From assembly GCA_024679065.1 (NCBI GenBank), contig JAGIQG010000009.1, positions 81,840,001 through 81,904,000 of the forward strand: a stretch of DNA of 64,000 nucleotides, written 5' to 3'. The notes beneath the pieces were generated by a model, which ran no database searches, was not told where the DNA came from, and worked only from the letters and a program-made list of their open reading frames with translations. Shown one piece after another: positions 23,357 through 36,019 of this stretch. Each line of letters opens with the position of its first letter. Position 1 is the first letter of the stretch. The position numbers were made by a program, and so were the translations under genes. Origin of the DNA: Sphyrna mokarran. Lineage: Eukaryota.

Positions 23357-23649
23357 TAGTGTCATCTGCAAATTTACTAATCCTAAATTTACTAAATTTA
23401 CTTTTTAGTGAGACTTTAGTGAGTAGTTACTTTATAAGTGGGAAGTGGGTATTTGCAACTATTCTAGCTAAGGCAGGCCTGATTTCTTAAACAGTGCAAC
23501 TTGATAATGAAAGAGTATGGCAGAAACACAAAGCTCAAATCCTCACTTCAAAAATGAATGAGCAGAGACAGTATCAGAAAGCTCATGTCAGACACTCAAG
23601 GTTGTGAAATCCCCAAACCAAGGATTACAACAAACTCCAGTAGAATCAA

Positions 23650-24920
23650 CAACATTTGTTCCCATTTGGAAATAAGTGGGCGTATTAGTAAGAAGCAACA
23701 TGGGTTTGTGAAGAGAGGTCATGTCTCACTAATTGATTGAGTTTTTCGAAGAAGTGACGAAGATGATTGATGAGGATAGGGCAGTGGATGTTGTCTACAT
23801 GGACTTCAGTAAAGCCTTTGACAAGGTCCCTCATGGCAGTTTGGTGCAAATGGTGAAGTTGCATGGGATCAGAGGTGAGCTGGCAAAGCGGATACAAAAC
23901 TGGCTGTATCATAGAAGACAGAGGGTGGCAATGGAAGGGTGTGTTTCTGAATGGAGGACTGTGACAAGTAGCAATCCTCAGAGATCAATGCTGGGATCTT
24001 TGCTGCTTGTAATATCTATATATATGAATGATTTGGAAGAAAATGTAACTGGTTTGATTAGTAAGCTTACAGACGACACAAAGGCTAGCGGATTTGCAGA
24101 TAGCAAGGAGGACCATCAGAGGATACAGCAGGATATAAATCAGTTGGGCATTGGTGGAGAGATGGCAGATAGAATTTAATCCAGGCAAATGTGAGGTAAT
24201 CTATTTTAGAAGGTCTAATACAGATAGGAAATATACAGTAAATGGCAGAATCCTTAAGAGCATTGATGGGCAGAGAGATCTGAGTGTATAGGTACACAGG
24301 TCACTGAAAATGGCCACACAGGTGCAGATGTCAAAAGGACATATGACATTTTGTCTTCATCCGCCTGAGCATTGAATTTAAAAATTGGCAAGACACGTTG
24401 CAGTTTATAGAACCTTAGTTAGGCCCCACTTGGAATATCACGTTCAATTCTGGTTGCTACATTACCAGAAGTTGTGAAGGATTTAGAGAGGTAACAGAAA
24501 AGATTTACCAGGATGTTGCATTAGCTATGAGGAGAGGGCAGAGAACTTTGGTTTGTTCTCATGGAACAACGAGGGGCAACTAAATAAAAGTCTACAAGAT
24601 TATGAGGGGCACGGATAGAGTAAATAGTCAGAAGCTTTTTCCCAGGGTAGAACTAGAGGCATAGGTTTAATGTCCGAGGGGCAAGGTTTAAAGGAGATGT
24701 ACGAGGCAGGTTTTTTGCACAGAGGGTGGTGGGTACTGGGGGAGGTAGTGGAATCTGATACGATAGTGAATTTTAAGACGTGTTTGGACAAATACACGAA
24801 TAGGATAGGAATAAAGGGAAGTCCCCAGATGGGAAGGGGGTATTAGTTCAGTCGGGCATGGTCGGTGCAGACTTGGAGGTTGGAAGGGCCTGTTCTTGTG
24901 CTGTAATTTTCTGTGTTCTC
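23650..24920 (+). mobile_element. Degenerate CR1 LINE
   Basis: ORF 23733..24179 IEFFEEVTK...MDFSKAFDKVPHG...SKLTDDTK. Confidence 0.88.
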
Positions 24921-25974
24921 TGTTCCCTGGAAACTGACAACAAAGCAACTTCACAAGATGAAGTATGTGACATTCATGCAGAACAGACTATTGAAGATGT
25001 CAAAGATCAGACTCCGGAACGTCGTATCTTACCAAAACAAATCAGCATTCACCAAAAAGATCCTAATATTAATTGTATATGTTTAGGTAATAACACTTGG
25101 TAATGTAACTGATGTTCATAATAGGTAATAATTAATGTTTCAAAGTTTGTTGTCATACTATTGAAGTAAAGAGGAGGGACATCATGCACTGTAGAGTAAT
25201 ACATGTGTTATTGGTCACATGACATGCTGGAGATGCCACAGGAGGTATTTGAGAGTCTCTCAGTCTCTCTTCCATTTTAGACTGAGATGAAGCAACACCT
25301 ATTTCAATAAACTATGACTATTTTTGGTTATGTGACTCATATTAAGGCAACAAATTCTCTTGCTCTTTGCAGTCTATGAAATAAGAGAGCCAAAAACATA
25401 ACAATGCCCAATGCTAAATTCTTGCAGATGCAATTGATGGAATAGCTATGTTTTCTTTAAAAAGACCCAAGAGCAGTTGGTGGTCAGAAACAGTGATGAA
25501 GTACCAACTGTACAAATATTAGTGGAATTTCTTGACACCAGAAGATACTGATAATCCTTCTTTTTCAATTTGTGAGTCATCTCTTTTTGGCCTCAGAGAG
25601 TGTTCTTGAGACATAGCCAATTGGCCTTTCAGATCCGTCATCCATCTCATGGGACAACATCACATCACATGGAGAGGCATCGCAAGTCAACTGAAGTTTC
25701 TTAGGTTAAAATGTACTAACAAGTTCAAAGAACAGAGCAATTGTTTTGCTCTGTTGAAAGCTTCTTTCTGGGAAGTCTTTCAAGACAAACGCTCTTACCC
25801 GAGAATGCAAGGGGACCAAAGGAATTAGGAGCAGGAGCAGACAAGTTCAGCCCTTTGAGCCTGCTCCACCATTCATTGCTGATCTCTCCCTGTCTCAAAT
25901 CCACCTCCCACAAGTTCACCATATCCCATTTTCCGCTTTTTTTTATTAGAAATATGTCTATTTCCCTCAAATCT

Positions 25975-27200
25975 GGCACTTTGTGCACCAGCCGCTGAAG
26001 GTAAGCATGCAGATGCAGTAGGCCGTAAAGAAAGCAAATGGTATTTTGATCTTCATTGCAAGAGGTTTTGAGTACAGAAATTTTGGTGTTGTTGCAATTA
26101 TACAGGGACTTAGTGAGGCCACATCTCAAATATTGGGTGCAGTTTTGGTCTCTATTTCTGAGGAAGGATGTTCTCGCTCTCAAAGGAGTGCAGCAAATGT
26201 TTACCAGGCTGATTCCAGGGATGATGGGACTGATGTATGTGGAAAGATTAGTTAGTTTGGTATTATTTTCACTGGAGTTCAGACGAAAGGAGGGTGGGGA
26301 ATCTCATTGAGACTTATAAAATTCTAACAGGACTAGTCAGGGTAGATACAGGTAGGATGTTCCAATGGTGGGAGTGTCCAGAGTCAGGGGTCACAGTTTG
26401 AGGTTTCGGGTAGACCATTCAGGACAGAGATGAGGAGACATTTCTTCACCCAAAGAGAGGTGAGCCTGTGGAATTCATTACCATTTGAAGTAGTTGATGC
26501 CAAAATGTTTTAAATGTTTTCAAGAGCTGGCTAGATATAGCACTTTTGGGTGAATGGAATCAAGGGATATGGGAGAAAGCAGGATTAGGCTGTTGAGTTG
26601 GATGATTAGCCATAATCATGATGAAGGGTGGAGCAGGTGCGAAGGGGCAAATGGCCTCCTCCTATCTTCTATGTTTCCCTCTTGAAACCATTTATTGATT
26701 CACACTCCACTGTGCCATGGAGCAGCAAGCTCTACCAATACTGTTTGTCCTCCTCTCAGTTTTAAACCTACTGCCTCTCAGTCTATACATGTGATCTCTT
26801 TTTCTACATTGCTCCATAAGAGGAAACAGTTGGTTTACATTTACTTTAGCAATTTCTTTAATAATTTTATATATCATGATCAGATCCCCTCTCACCCTTC
26901 TAAACTCCAGCGAGTAGACATAGACATAGAACAATACAGCACAAACAGGCCCTTCGGCCCACGAGTTGCGCCGATCACATCTACCAATCCACAGACCTAT
27001 CTTTTCCCTATACTCATCCAGAAGTCTCTTAAAAGACCCCAGTGAGTTTGCCTCAACAACCTCCGACGGCAGTCGGTTCCATTCACTCACCACCCTCTGA
27101 GTGAAAAACCTACCCCTGACATCTCCTTTGTATTTGCTACCCTGCACCTTAAATCTGTGTCCTCTCATAGTGACCATTTCAGCTCGGGGAAATAGTCACT
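25975..27200. mobile_element. Cluster of CR1 3' fragments (+ 25975-26675, - 26690-27200)
   Basis: ORF 26056..26310 (LVRPHLKYWVQFWS) and ORF 26692..27177 (RGRFFTQRVVSEWNRLP). Confidence 0.8.
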
Positions 27201-27369
27201 ACGAGAGTACAAGTTTGATAAAGAAACACCCATAGTAATTTGAAACCAAAAGAGAAAATGCTGAAAAATCTCAGCAGGTCTGGCAGCATCTGTAAGAAAA
27301 GAGCTGACGTTTCAAGTACAGATGACCCTTTGTCAAAGTGGAAAGGCATAGGATAAAAGGTGTATCTGC

Positions 27370-27851
27370 CCCACAAGGCTGTGTTTTCAGTCCCCTAACT
27401 ATACTCCTTATACACCTATGACTGTGCTGCCAAATTCCCTTCGAATTTGATTTTCAAGTTTGCTGACGATACCACTGTAGTAGGTCGGATTTCAAAGAAT
27501 GGTGAGACAGAGTGCAGGAATGAGGTAGAGAATCTGGTGAACTGGTGCAGCAACAATAATCTCTCCCTCAATGTCAACAAAACAAAGATTATCATTAACT
27601 TCAGAATGCATAAAGGAGAACATTCCTCTGTCTATATCACAGGAAACGAAGTAGAAAGAGTCGACAGCTTCAAGATTTTAGGTGTCCAGATCACCAACAA
27701 TCTGTCCTGGATCCCCCATGCCGACATCATAGTCACAAAAGCCCACCAATGCCTCTACTTTCTCAGAAGGCGAAGGAAATTTGGCATGTCAGCTACAGCT
27801 CTCATCAACTTTTACAAATGCACCATAGAAAACATTCTCTCTGGTTGTATC
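27370..27851 (+). mobile_element. Rex1/Babar-clade LINE fragment
   Basis: ORF 27447..27854 IFKFADDTTVVGRI...WCSNNNLSLNVNKTK...KAHQCLYFLRR..KFGMS...FYKCTIENILSGCI. Confidence 0.8.
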
Positions 27852-28275
27852 TGACCACCTCACTATAAGAAGGATGTGGAAGCATTGGAGAGAGTGCAGA
27901 GGAGATTTACCTAAATGCTGCCTGGTTTGGAGGGTAGGTCTTTTGAGGAAAGGTTGAGGGAGCTGAGGCTTTTCTCTTTAGAGCGGAGGAGGATGACAGG
28001 CAACTTAACAGAGGTTTATAAGATGATGAGAGGGATTGATAGAGTGGAGTGCAAAGACAATTTCCTTTGGTGAATGTAGTTATTACTCAGAGAGTGATTG
28101 AGATCTGGAATAGACTGCCTGCTGTGATGGTGGCATTTTAGGAACTTTCAAGCTGTTATTGGATAGGCACATGGAGCACACTAGAACGATAGGGAGTGGG
28201 ATAACTTGATCTTAGGTTTGGACAGAGCTCGGCACAACACTGAAGGCCAAAGGGCCTGTACTGTGTTCTAATGTT
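27852..28275 (+). mobile_element. CR1 3' fragment
   Basis: PHYKKDVEALERVQRRFT remnant and gggcctgtactgtgttcta 3' end. Confidence 0.8.
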
Positions 28276-28299
28276 CACTGGAAGTTTGCAGGTTGCTGC

Positions 28300-29340
28300 T
28301 CATAGCTTATAGGTACCAATGCAGTGTCAACTAATTTTATTGCTTCTCCAATACAACTTATTAACTTGGCTGCAGTGCTCTTCGCTTCAATGATTGAACT
28401 CCCTCTTTCAAATACCAATATATATACTCACTTATCACAGTAGCAGATGCCCTGTATCAGCTTCCATCTTAAGAGGCTTCCCAATGACCAAGAGCATTCC
28501 AGTAAAAGGGGTTAACTTGCCTGCTTTCATATTAAACAATGAGTGAATATTTAAATCGTTGATGCTAGACTCTTCCACATTGATGCTTCATCAGTATACA
28601 CTTAATTGGCTACCTTTTAGTTTTGGTGCCATCGCTGAGAGCAGATTCCCACACTAACTGGTGAACTTTGCACGTAGTATAACACTTGTGCACCTTTTTC
28701 AGTGCTTTTCTATTGTTTGGGCTAACTCCATTGCTTGTTTAAAATGTATATCGATCTCTGTAAGTAAGCTCAGGTGAATCACCCCAGTATTCACCCTGCA
28801 GGTTAATCTGTCTTGTATTATTCAAGGTGGCTTCAAAATAGCAATACTCCAATATCTGTTTCAATTTAGTGATATAAGTCACAGTAGTTTTGCCTTGGGC
28901 TCTCCATCTTGAATTAAGCTTGCATCTCTGGAATATGACTGATAGTTTAGGCTGGAAATGTGATTTTACATTTCCACAAGCTCAGTGAATGATTTGGAGT
29001 CAGCATGCTTAGGGTGTGATGCTGTGAATCAGACTATAAGTTTGGGTTCCAGGCTTGGTGCTTTGCCTCTTTTCCTGTTCCATTTGCTTGGAAGTAATAG
29101 TGAAGGAATCAAATGGATCTATCCATCCAAAGACAGACATCTTGGTAAGTACACTTTCCTTTTCTCGATTTTACACAATTTCAATATTAACATTCACAGT
29201 CTGAGGCTCTTCTTTTAACATCTTCATTGCGAAATGTGAAGATAATCATTCACCAGATTGGGAAAGGACAACTCACTTAGTTATAGGTTAAAACTATAGA
29301 GTCTTGTAGCCTTGTGGCTGCAATCAGCTCTGAGATGGTT
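28300..29340 (-). mobile_element. Possible highly decayed Gypsy gag/protease region
   Basis: Reverse strand has GWIDPFD and KSFTELV gag-like remnants; many stop codons. Confidence 0.35.
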
Positions 29341-29676
29341 CTAAGTACAGAAGCTCATGGTTACCAGGGAGATCCCCCACCCTGCCAACACATTGGTTTC
29401 CTGGGTCATGTGACCCATACTCTGCAGAACAACCCTTAAACAGACAATCACTACAGTGACTAAAAGGGAATAGTTGGTGATTAACTGGGGAAGGTGCTGT
29501 ATGGGGAATATTTGGGGATTATCGCACAGAATAATAGAATCCCTATAGTACAGAAGGAAGCCATTCATCCCAATGAATCTATGCTGACCACAATCCCACC
29601 CAAACCCTATTCCCATAACTCCACAATGCAGTGTGGAGCGATCACATGGGACAGGCAGACAGAGTGACAGAGTTAG

Positions 29677-29682
29677 TTTATT
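29677..29682 (-). terminator. Candidate polyA signal of the RABGAP1L-like gene
   Basis: tttatt (AATAAA on - strand) at the end of non-repetitive 3'UTR-like sequence 29680-30110. Confidence 0.5.
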
Positions 29683-30149
29683 GTTGAAAATACAATTGTT
29701 ACAAATACAAGTTGCCCCGAGAGCTGGCTGCAACTCTGACCAAGTCCTGGGAGCAGCCTGCCATTACAGACAAACACACAAACTAAAGGCATCTGTTGAC
29801 CAGGTCAGCAGGCTGCAAGTTAAGCATAAATTTCTATTTTTAACTATTTTAATATCGAACCTGTTTGAAAATTAAAGAAACAAGATAGATCATTTATTTG
29901 TTCTTTGTACAATGTGCAAATGGAGTCCTTTAGCTGTTGGTCTGCTGTGTGTGCACACACACCAGTTTGTAAAGAATGAAAGGGAAGAATGTTGGACTCT
30001 CTGGCAGAAAGATCCGAGCAGAACAGTTGGTGAATCAGATAGCATGTCCAAAGAAAGAGAGAGGGGGGGCTTTGGGAGCAACCTGAGCAAAACATCGCTG
30101 GTATTATGACTTCTTGAATGAGAGCAGCCAGGTACTGATAGAGTGAGAG

Positions 30150-32100
30150 ACTAATAGAGAGAGGGGCAGAAGGGAGATGGAGGGGTGGAGAGAGGGAGGG
30201 TGGGGCGAGAGAGAGAGCCAGGATGAGAGGGGGAGGGAGGCGATGAGAGAGAGATGGGGTGAGAGAGAGAGGCGGGCAAGAGAGGGAGACCGAGAGAGGT
30301 GGGGAGAGAGGGAGACCGAGAGAGACGGGCAAGAGAGGGAGACTGAGAGAGGTGGGGAGAGAGGGAGACCGAGAGAGGTGGGGAGAGAGGGAGACCGAGA
30401 GAGGCGGGCAAGAGAGGGAGACCGAGAGAGGTGGGGAGAGAGGGAGACCGAGAGAGGCGGGCAAGAGAGGGAGCGAGAGAGAGGTGGGGAGAGAGGGAGC
30501 GAGAGAGAGGCGGGGAGAGAGGGAGCGAGAGAGGCGAGCAAGAGAGGGATGAGAGAGGCAGGGGAGAGAGGGGGGACGAGAGAGGCGGCAAGAGAGGGAG
30601 TGAGAGAGGCAGGCAAGAGAGGGATCGAGAGAGAGGTGGGCGAGAGGAGCGAGAGAGAGGGGGGAGAGAGGGAGCGAGAGAGGCGAGGAGAGGAGTAGAG
30701 GCAGGGAGAGAGGGGGCGAGAGAGGCGGCAAGAGAGGGAGTGAGAGAGGCAGGGAGAGAGGGGGCGAGAGAGGACGGGCAAGAGAGGGAGTGAGAGAGGC
30801 GGGCAAGAGAGGAGACCGAGAGAGAGGCGGGAAGAGAGGGAGCGAGAGAGGCGGGCAAGAGAGGGAGACCGAGAGAGGCGGTGGGGAGAGAGAGCGAGAG
30901 AGGCGGGGAGAGAGGAGCGAGAGAGGCGGGCAAGAGAGGATGAGGAGAGGCGGGCAAGAGAGGAGACCGAGAGAGAGGTGGGGAGAGAGGGAGCGAGAGA
31001 GGCGGGCAAGAGAGGGAGACCGAGAGAGAGGTGGGGAGAGAGGGAGCGAGAGAGGCGGGCAAGAGAGGGAGACCGAGAGAGCGGGCAAGAGAGAGTGGGG
31101 AGAGAGGGTGCGAGAGAGGCGGGGAGAGAGGGAGACCAAGAGAGGCGGGGAGAGAGGGAGCGAGAGAGAGGTGGGGAGACAGGGTGCGAGAGAGGCGGGG
31201 AGAGAGGGAGACCAAGAGAGCGGGGAGAGAGGGAGCGAGAGAGAGGCGGGAGAGAGGGAGCGAGAGAGAGGTGGGGAGAGAGGGAGCGAGAGGAGGTGGG
31301 GAGAGAGGGAGTGAGAGAGGCGGGGAGAGAGGGATGAGAGAGCGGGAGAGAGGGGCGAGAGAGGCGGGGAGAGAGGAGCGAAGAGAGGCGGGGAGAGAGG
31401 GAGACCAAGAGAGGCGGGGAGAGAGGGAGCGAGAGAGAGGTGGGGAGAGAGGGAGACCAAGAGAGGCGGGGAGAGAGGGAGTGAGAGAGGCGGGGAGAGA
31501 GGGAGCGAAAGAAGCGGGGAGAGAGGGAGCGAGAGAGGCGGGGAGAGAGGGAGCGAGAGAGGCGGGGAGAGCGGGAGCGAGAGAGGCGGAGAGAGAGGGA
31601 GCGAGAGCGGAACGAGAGAGGCGGGGAGAGAGGGAGAGAGAGAGGCGGAGAGAGAGGGAGAGAGAGCGGAGAGAGAGGGAGCGAGAGCGGGAGCGAGAGA
31701 GGCGGGGAGAGAGGGAGAGGGCGGGGAGAGAGGGAGCGAGAGAGGCGGAGAGAGAGGGAGCGAGAGCGGGAGCGAGAGAGGCGGGGAGAGAGGGAGCAAG
31801 AGAGGCGGGAAGAGAGGGAGCGAGAGAGGCGGAGAGAGAGGGAGCGAGAGCGGGAGCGAGAGAGGCGGGGAGAGAGGGAGCAAGAGAGATGGGAAGAAGG
31901 ACAGGAGGAGGCTGGGAGAGACAGAGATGTGGGAAGACACAGGAAGAGGTGTGGAGAGAGAGGTGGGGAGAGATAAAGAGGTGGGGAGAGATAGAAAGAA
32001 TGTGTGTGTCTGTGAGAGAGAAAGACTGACTGAATGAGTGAGAGAGAGAGAGAGAGAGATAGAAAAATGAGAGAGAGAAGGAGCAAGTGAGAGCGAATGA
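30150..32100. repeat. About 2-kb GA-rich degenerate minisatellite (units like gagagaggcggggagagagggagc)
   Basis: Almost purely purine on the + strand; source of spurious long ORFs in several frames. Confidence 0.95.
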
Positions 32101-32463
32101 AAAACTTCATCAGCCAGTGTAGACAGGATGAATAAATAAAGAACATTTTGCTGCGTGCACCTCATTTCTGCAACTACCTGTAGAATTGATCCATTGATGA
32201 TATTAACCAAATACATTACCAATCAACTACTGATTACAATGACACTGACGAGATATTGTTTCCAAATTGCAATAACGTTTCTTGTTTAATCAATAGAAAG
32301 ATTGGATTAAATAATATGGGTGTGTTTGAACGGACAGAAAGATGAAAGCTGAGCGCTCACCCTCAGCTCCAGGTTTTGAGGATGATGTGTATGTAGTGAG
32401 TGCTTGCTACTGAAGGAGGTATTACTCAGGCTGCTGTCCATTCACCATCTGGGCAGGAGGGGA

Positions 32464-32652
<189 letters not shown>

Positions 32653-32712
32653 TCAAAGTAACTCTTCACAACAAGAAGTCTCACAACACCAGGTTTAGCT
32701 GAGCTACGAACA

Positions 32713-33120
32713 ACCCTGTACTCTCACACTGAGACAGGGACCACCCTGTACTCACACACTGAGACAGACTGAGACAGGGACCACCCTGCACTCTCGCACT
32801 GAGACAGGGACCACCCTGCACTCTCGCACTGAGACAGGGACCACCCTGCACTCTCGCACTGAGACAGGGACCACCCTGCACTCTCGCACTGAGACAGGGA
32901 CCACCCTGCACTCTCGCACTGAGACAGGGACCACCCTGCACTCTCGCACTGAGACAGGGACCACCCTGCACTCTCGCACTGAGACAGGGACCACCCTGCA
33001 CTCTCGCACTGAGACAGGGACCACCCTGCACTCTCGCACTGAGACAGGGACCACCCTGCACTCTCGCACTGAGACAGGGACCACCCTGCACTCTCGCACT
33101 GAGACAGGGACCACCCTGTA
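32713..33120. repeat. 30-bp minisatellite, about 13 nearly identical copies
   Basis: Unit gagacagggaccaccctgcactctcgcact. Confidence 0.97.
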
Positions 33121-33189
33121 CATGGCGAGTTCCGATACTGTACAGAAGAGTTGGTGTTGGAATGCCAAGAGAAGGGTAATACACAAACC

Positions 33190-34558
33190 TCTCTCACTCC
33201 TTTGCAATCTCCAAGCCTCCCGCACTCCTCTGGCCCCTTTCCTTCTCTTCCCGAGCCTCTCTCCCTTCCCCCTTCTCCATTCCCTCTCCCTTCCCCCTCC
33301 CTAATTCTTCTCCCTTTCTCAGCTCTTCTCTCACACACAGGGCCCCTCCCCCTCTCAATTCACCAACCTCTCAACCTCGAATTCACTTGGCCTCTCTCTG
33401 TCTCCCTCTCCCTCCTCCTCTGATACCCACCCTTTCTTTGCTCCTACCTACTTCACTCATTTTGCCTCTTCACTCTTTCCCTCCATGGCCTCTCCCTCCC
33501 CCTTCCTCATTCCCCTGGCCCTTTCCCTCCCCCTTCACCCTTCCTCATTCCGCCAGCCCTCTCGCCTCCCTCACTCCTCCAGCCCTCTCCTTCCCCTGGC
33601 CCTCTCCATCCCCCTCTCTCTTCCCTCACTTTCCTGGCTCTCTCCCTTCCCTTCTCCTTCTCCACTCCCCTCCTTCCCTTCCCCTGCCCTACTCTCCTCC
33701 TTCTTCCTCCCCTCCTCCTCCTCATTTCCCAGTAACCAGCCCTCCCCCTCCCTTCCCCAGCACACTCCTCCCTCTCCCTCACTCCCCTCCCCTCTCCATC
33801 CCTCTCCTCACTCGCCCAGCTCTCTTCCTCTCCCCCCCCCCTCCCTCACCTGGCCCACTCCCTATTCCTCACCCCCTCCCTCACCTGGCCCACTCCCTAT
33901 TCCTCACTCTCCCTCCCCCTCCCCCCCTTCACTCTCTCGGTCCCCTGCTCACTCCCCTCTCTCCCTTCCCTCACCCCCTCCCCCAGCACCCCCCCCCCTC
34001 CCACTCCAGCCCCCTTCCTCCCTCCCTCTCCCGATCCCCTCCTCACACCCCAGGCCCCCTACTCTCCCTCCCCCTTTTCCCTTTCACTCTTCAGACCCCC
34101 TACCTCCCCCCCAGCTCCGCCCCTCACTCCTCCAACTCCCTCAATCCCTCCCTCTTTTCTTCCTCCCCCAGTCCTCCTCCCTCCCTCATTTCCCTGGCCT
34201 CCTCCCTCCCTCGGCACCTCCCTCCCTCCCCTTCACTCCCCAGCTTCCTCCCCCACCCACCCCTCTCTCTCCTGCTGTCACTCGCCCTCTCACTCACTGG
34301 GTCACGCGGCTCTCCCTCCCCCAGCCGCTCTTCCTCCTCCTCACTCCCCAGCCGCTTTCGCATCCCCAAGCCGCTCTTACTCTCCCTCACCTCTCACCAA
34401 TCTCACTCCCCCAGCTGCCGGTGCTCACTCTTCACTCCCAACTGCCATTCTCAGTCACCCTTTCACTATTCCAATTGCTGCACTCCTGCTCTCACTCCCT
34501 CAGTTGCTCTTGTTCCCTCCTCAGCCACTCTCACTCCTGTTCCTCCTATTCCTCCCCC
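33190..34558. repeat. CT-rich low-complexity tract in the last RABGAP1L intron
   Basis: Polypyrimidine on the + strand; spurious Pro/Ser/Leu ORFs. Confidence 0.9.
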
Positions 34559-34563
34559 AGTAC

Positions 34564-34761
34564 CTGTATTTTACACTTGGCCTCCACCAGCTGCAGTTTA
34601 GTCTGGGCCAGCTCCAGCTCCATTTCCCTCAGCTGCTTCTTCAGAAGTTCCTTCTCCTCATCCATGTGCTGCTTTGGATGATCCTGGCCAGGCTCTGGGA
34701 GCTGGAATTCGCCGTCCTTCCTGAAGAGCTCACAGCAGTGATCACATGATAACACTTTACC
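34564..34761 (-). CDS. RABGAP1L: RABGAP1L-like coding exon (penultimate)
   Basis: cag|GKVLSCDHCCELFRKDG...KKQLREMELELAQTKLQLVEAKCKIQ|gt; 198 nt, phase 0. Confidence 0.93.
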
Positions 34762-34902
34762 CTGCCGGTTGAACAGAGAGCTCTCAATGAAGACATTTGC
34801 CAAGAGCTGTCAGTGGTACCATTCACCCAGAAACTTCATGTTACTCCCATGCCAGTGGTGCACAGGAAGTCCAGGTCAAAGGAGACTATTAGAGCCAGGC
34901 TG

Positions 34903-35245
34903 TTCATAGAATCATAGAACCCTACAGTGCAGAAAGAGGACCTTCGGCCCATCGAGTCTGCACTGAACACAATCCCATCCAAGCCCTATCCCCATATCCC
35001 TACACATAATCCCTTTAAACTATGCATCCCTAGACACTAAGGGGCAATTTTTTTAGCATGGCCAATCAACCTAACCCGCACATCTTTGGACTGTGGGAGG
35101 AAACCGGAGTATCTGGAGGAAACCCATACAGACACAAGGACAATGTGCAAACTCCACACAGACAGTGACCCAAGCCGGGAATCGAACCCAGGACCCTGGA
35201 GCTGTGAAGCAGCAGTGTGCTAACCACTGTGCTATCGTGCTGCCC
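34903..35245 (-). mobile_element. HE1-like tRNA-derived SINE, near full length
   Basis: Reverse strand gggcagcacgatagcacagtggttagcac...gggttcgattcccggc...cactgtagggttctatgattctatga. Confidence 0.85.
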
Positions 35246-36019
35246 AAACAACGTTCAGGAGATTACACTGGGAAACAATTTTTAATGGATAAGGTGGTGG
35301 AAATGTGAAACCCAAAAAAATGTGCTGTGGCTCGGGATCATTTTAAAACAACATCAACAGATTTCTCTAGGGTGTATCATAGAAGCAATGCTAGTCGATG
35401 GAGTAAAGATACAGATCGGTCTTATATAAACAAGGGGCTGGGAGGTTGTTTTATTCTTTCCTGGATATGGGTCAGCATTTAATGCTCACTTCCTTGCAAC
35501 GAGTGACTGGTTAAACTTTGCAATAGTAGTAGAAAGACTAAGATAAAGACTGCATGTGTCTGAATGTGCACAGCTTTATGAACAAATTGTTAGCACAGAC
35601 AGAAATAAATACGCATGACCTGATAACCATTACAGAACATGACTGCAAGGTGATCAAAGCTGGGGCCTAAATATTGAAGGGTTGCTCACTTGTGAAACTC
35701 TTTTCCCCAGAAAGCAGGATTTATTCAATAGAGAAGTTTTTGTCCGACAAGGGAATCAAGAATTATGAGGGAGGGGCAGATAGGATAAAGGAATTGAGAC
35801 AATAACCAAATCAGTCAGAGTAGGGAAGGTTCAGTAAGAGTAGGGAAGGTGGTAAAAGAGGTGGAGTAGCAGCAATGTTAATCAAGGATAGTTTAATGGT
35901 TGCTGAAAGGCATTTCCAGGGCAATCTGCCAATTGAGGTAATGTGGGCTAAAGTTAGAAATAGGAAAGGATCGGTCATGTTAAGAGTTATCTATAGGCCC
36001 CCAAATAATGATAGAAATG

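Larger units (their letters stand above)
19590..25402 (+). mobile_element. Decayed Ty3/Gypsy LTR retrotransposon (gag zinc knuckle, PR, RT, RNase H, probable 3' LTR ~25180-25402), interrupted by CR1s and a SINE
   Basis: CHWCFQVGHFPHEC (CCHC knuckle); PLFGRAWLHKIKLNW; WANPITPV; FSKIDL; YLDDVLFTG (~21615); NYALFEKEALSMIFGIK; polypurine tract aaagaggaggga before an LTR-like segment ending in CA. Confidence 0.75.

Noticed and set aside
18526-25407. One LTR element bounded by TG...CA with a gtgcc/atgcc target-site duplication
   Set aside because: The two ends show no LTR similarity and internal parts have opposite orientations; more likely two elements
29844-32222. 792-aa, 680-aa and other long ORFs
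   Set aside because: Translations of a GA/CT low-complexity repeat that lacks stop codons; open in several frames on both strands
33387-34681. About 400-aa Pro/Ser-rich ORFs
   Set aside because: CT-rich tract antisense to a RABGAP1L intron
34903-35245. tRNA genes
   Set aside because: A/B-box-like heads belong to tRNA-derived SINEs; no cloverleaf
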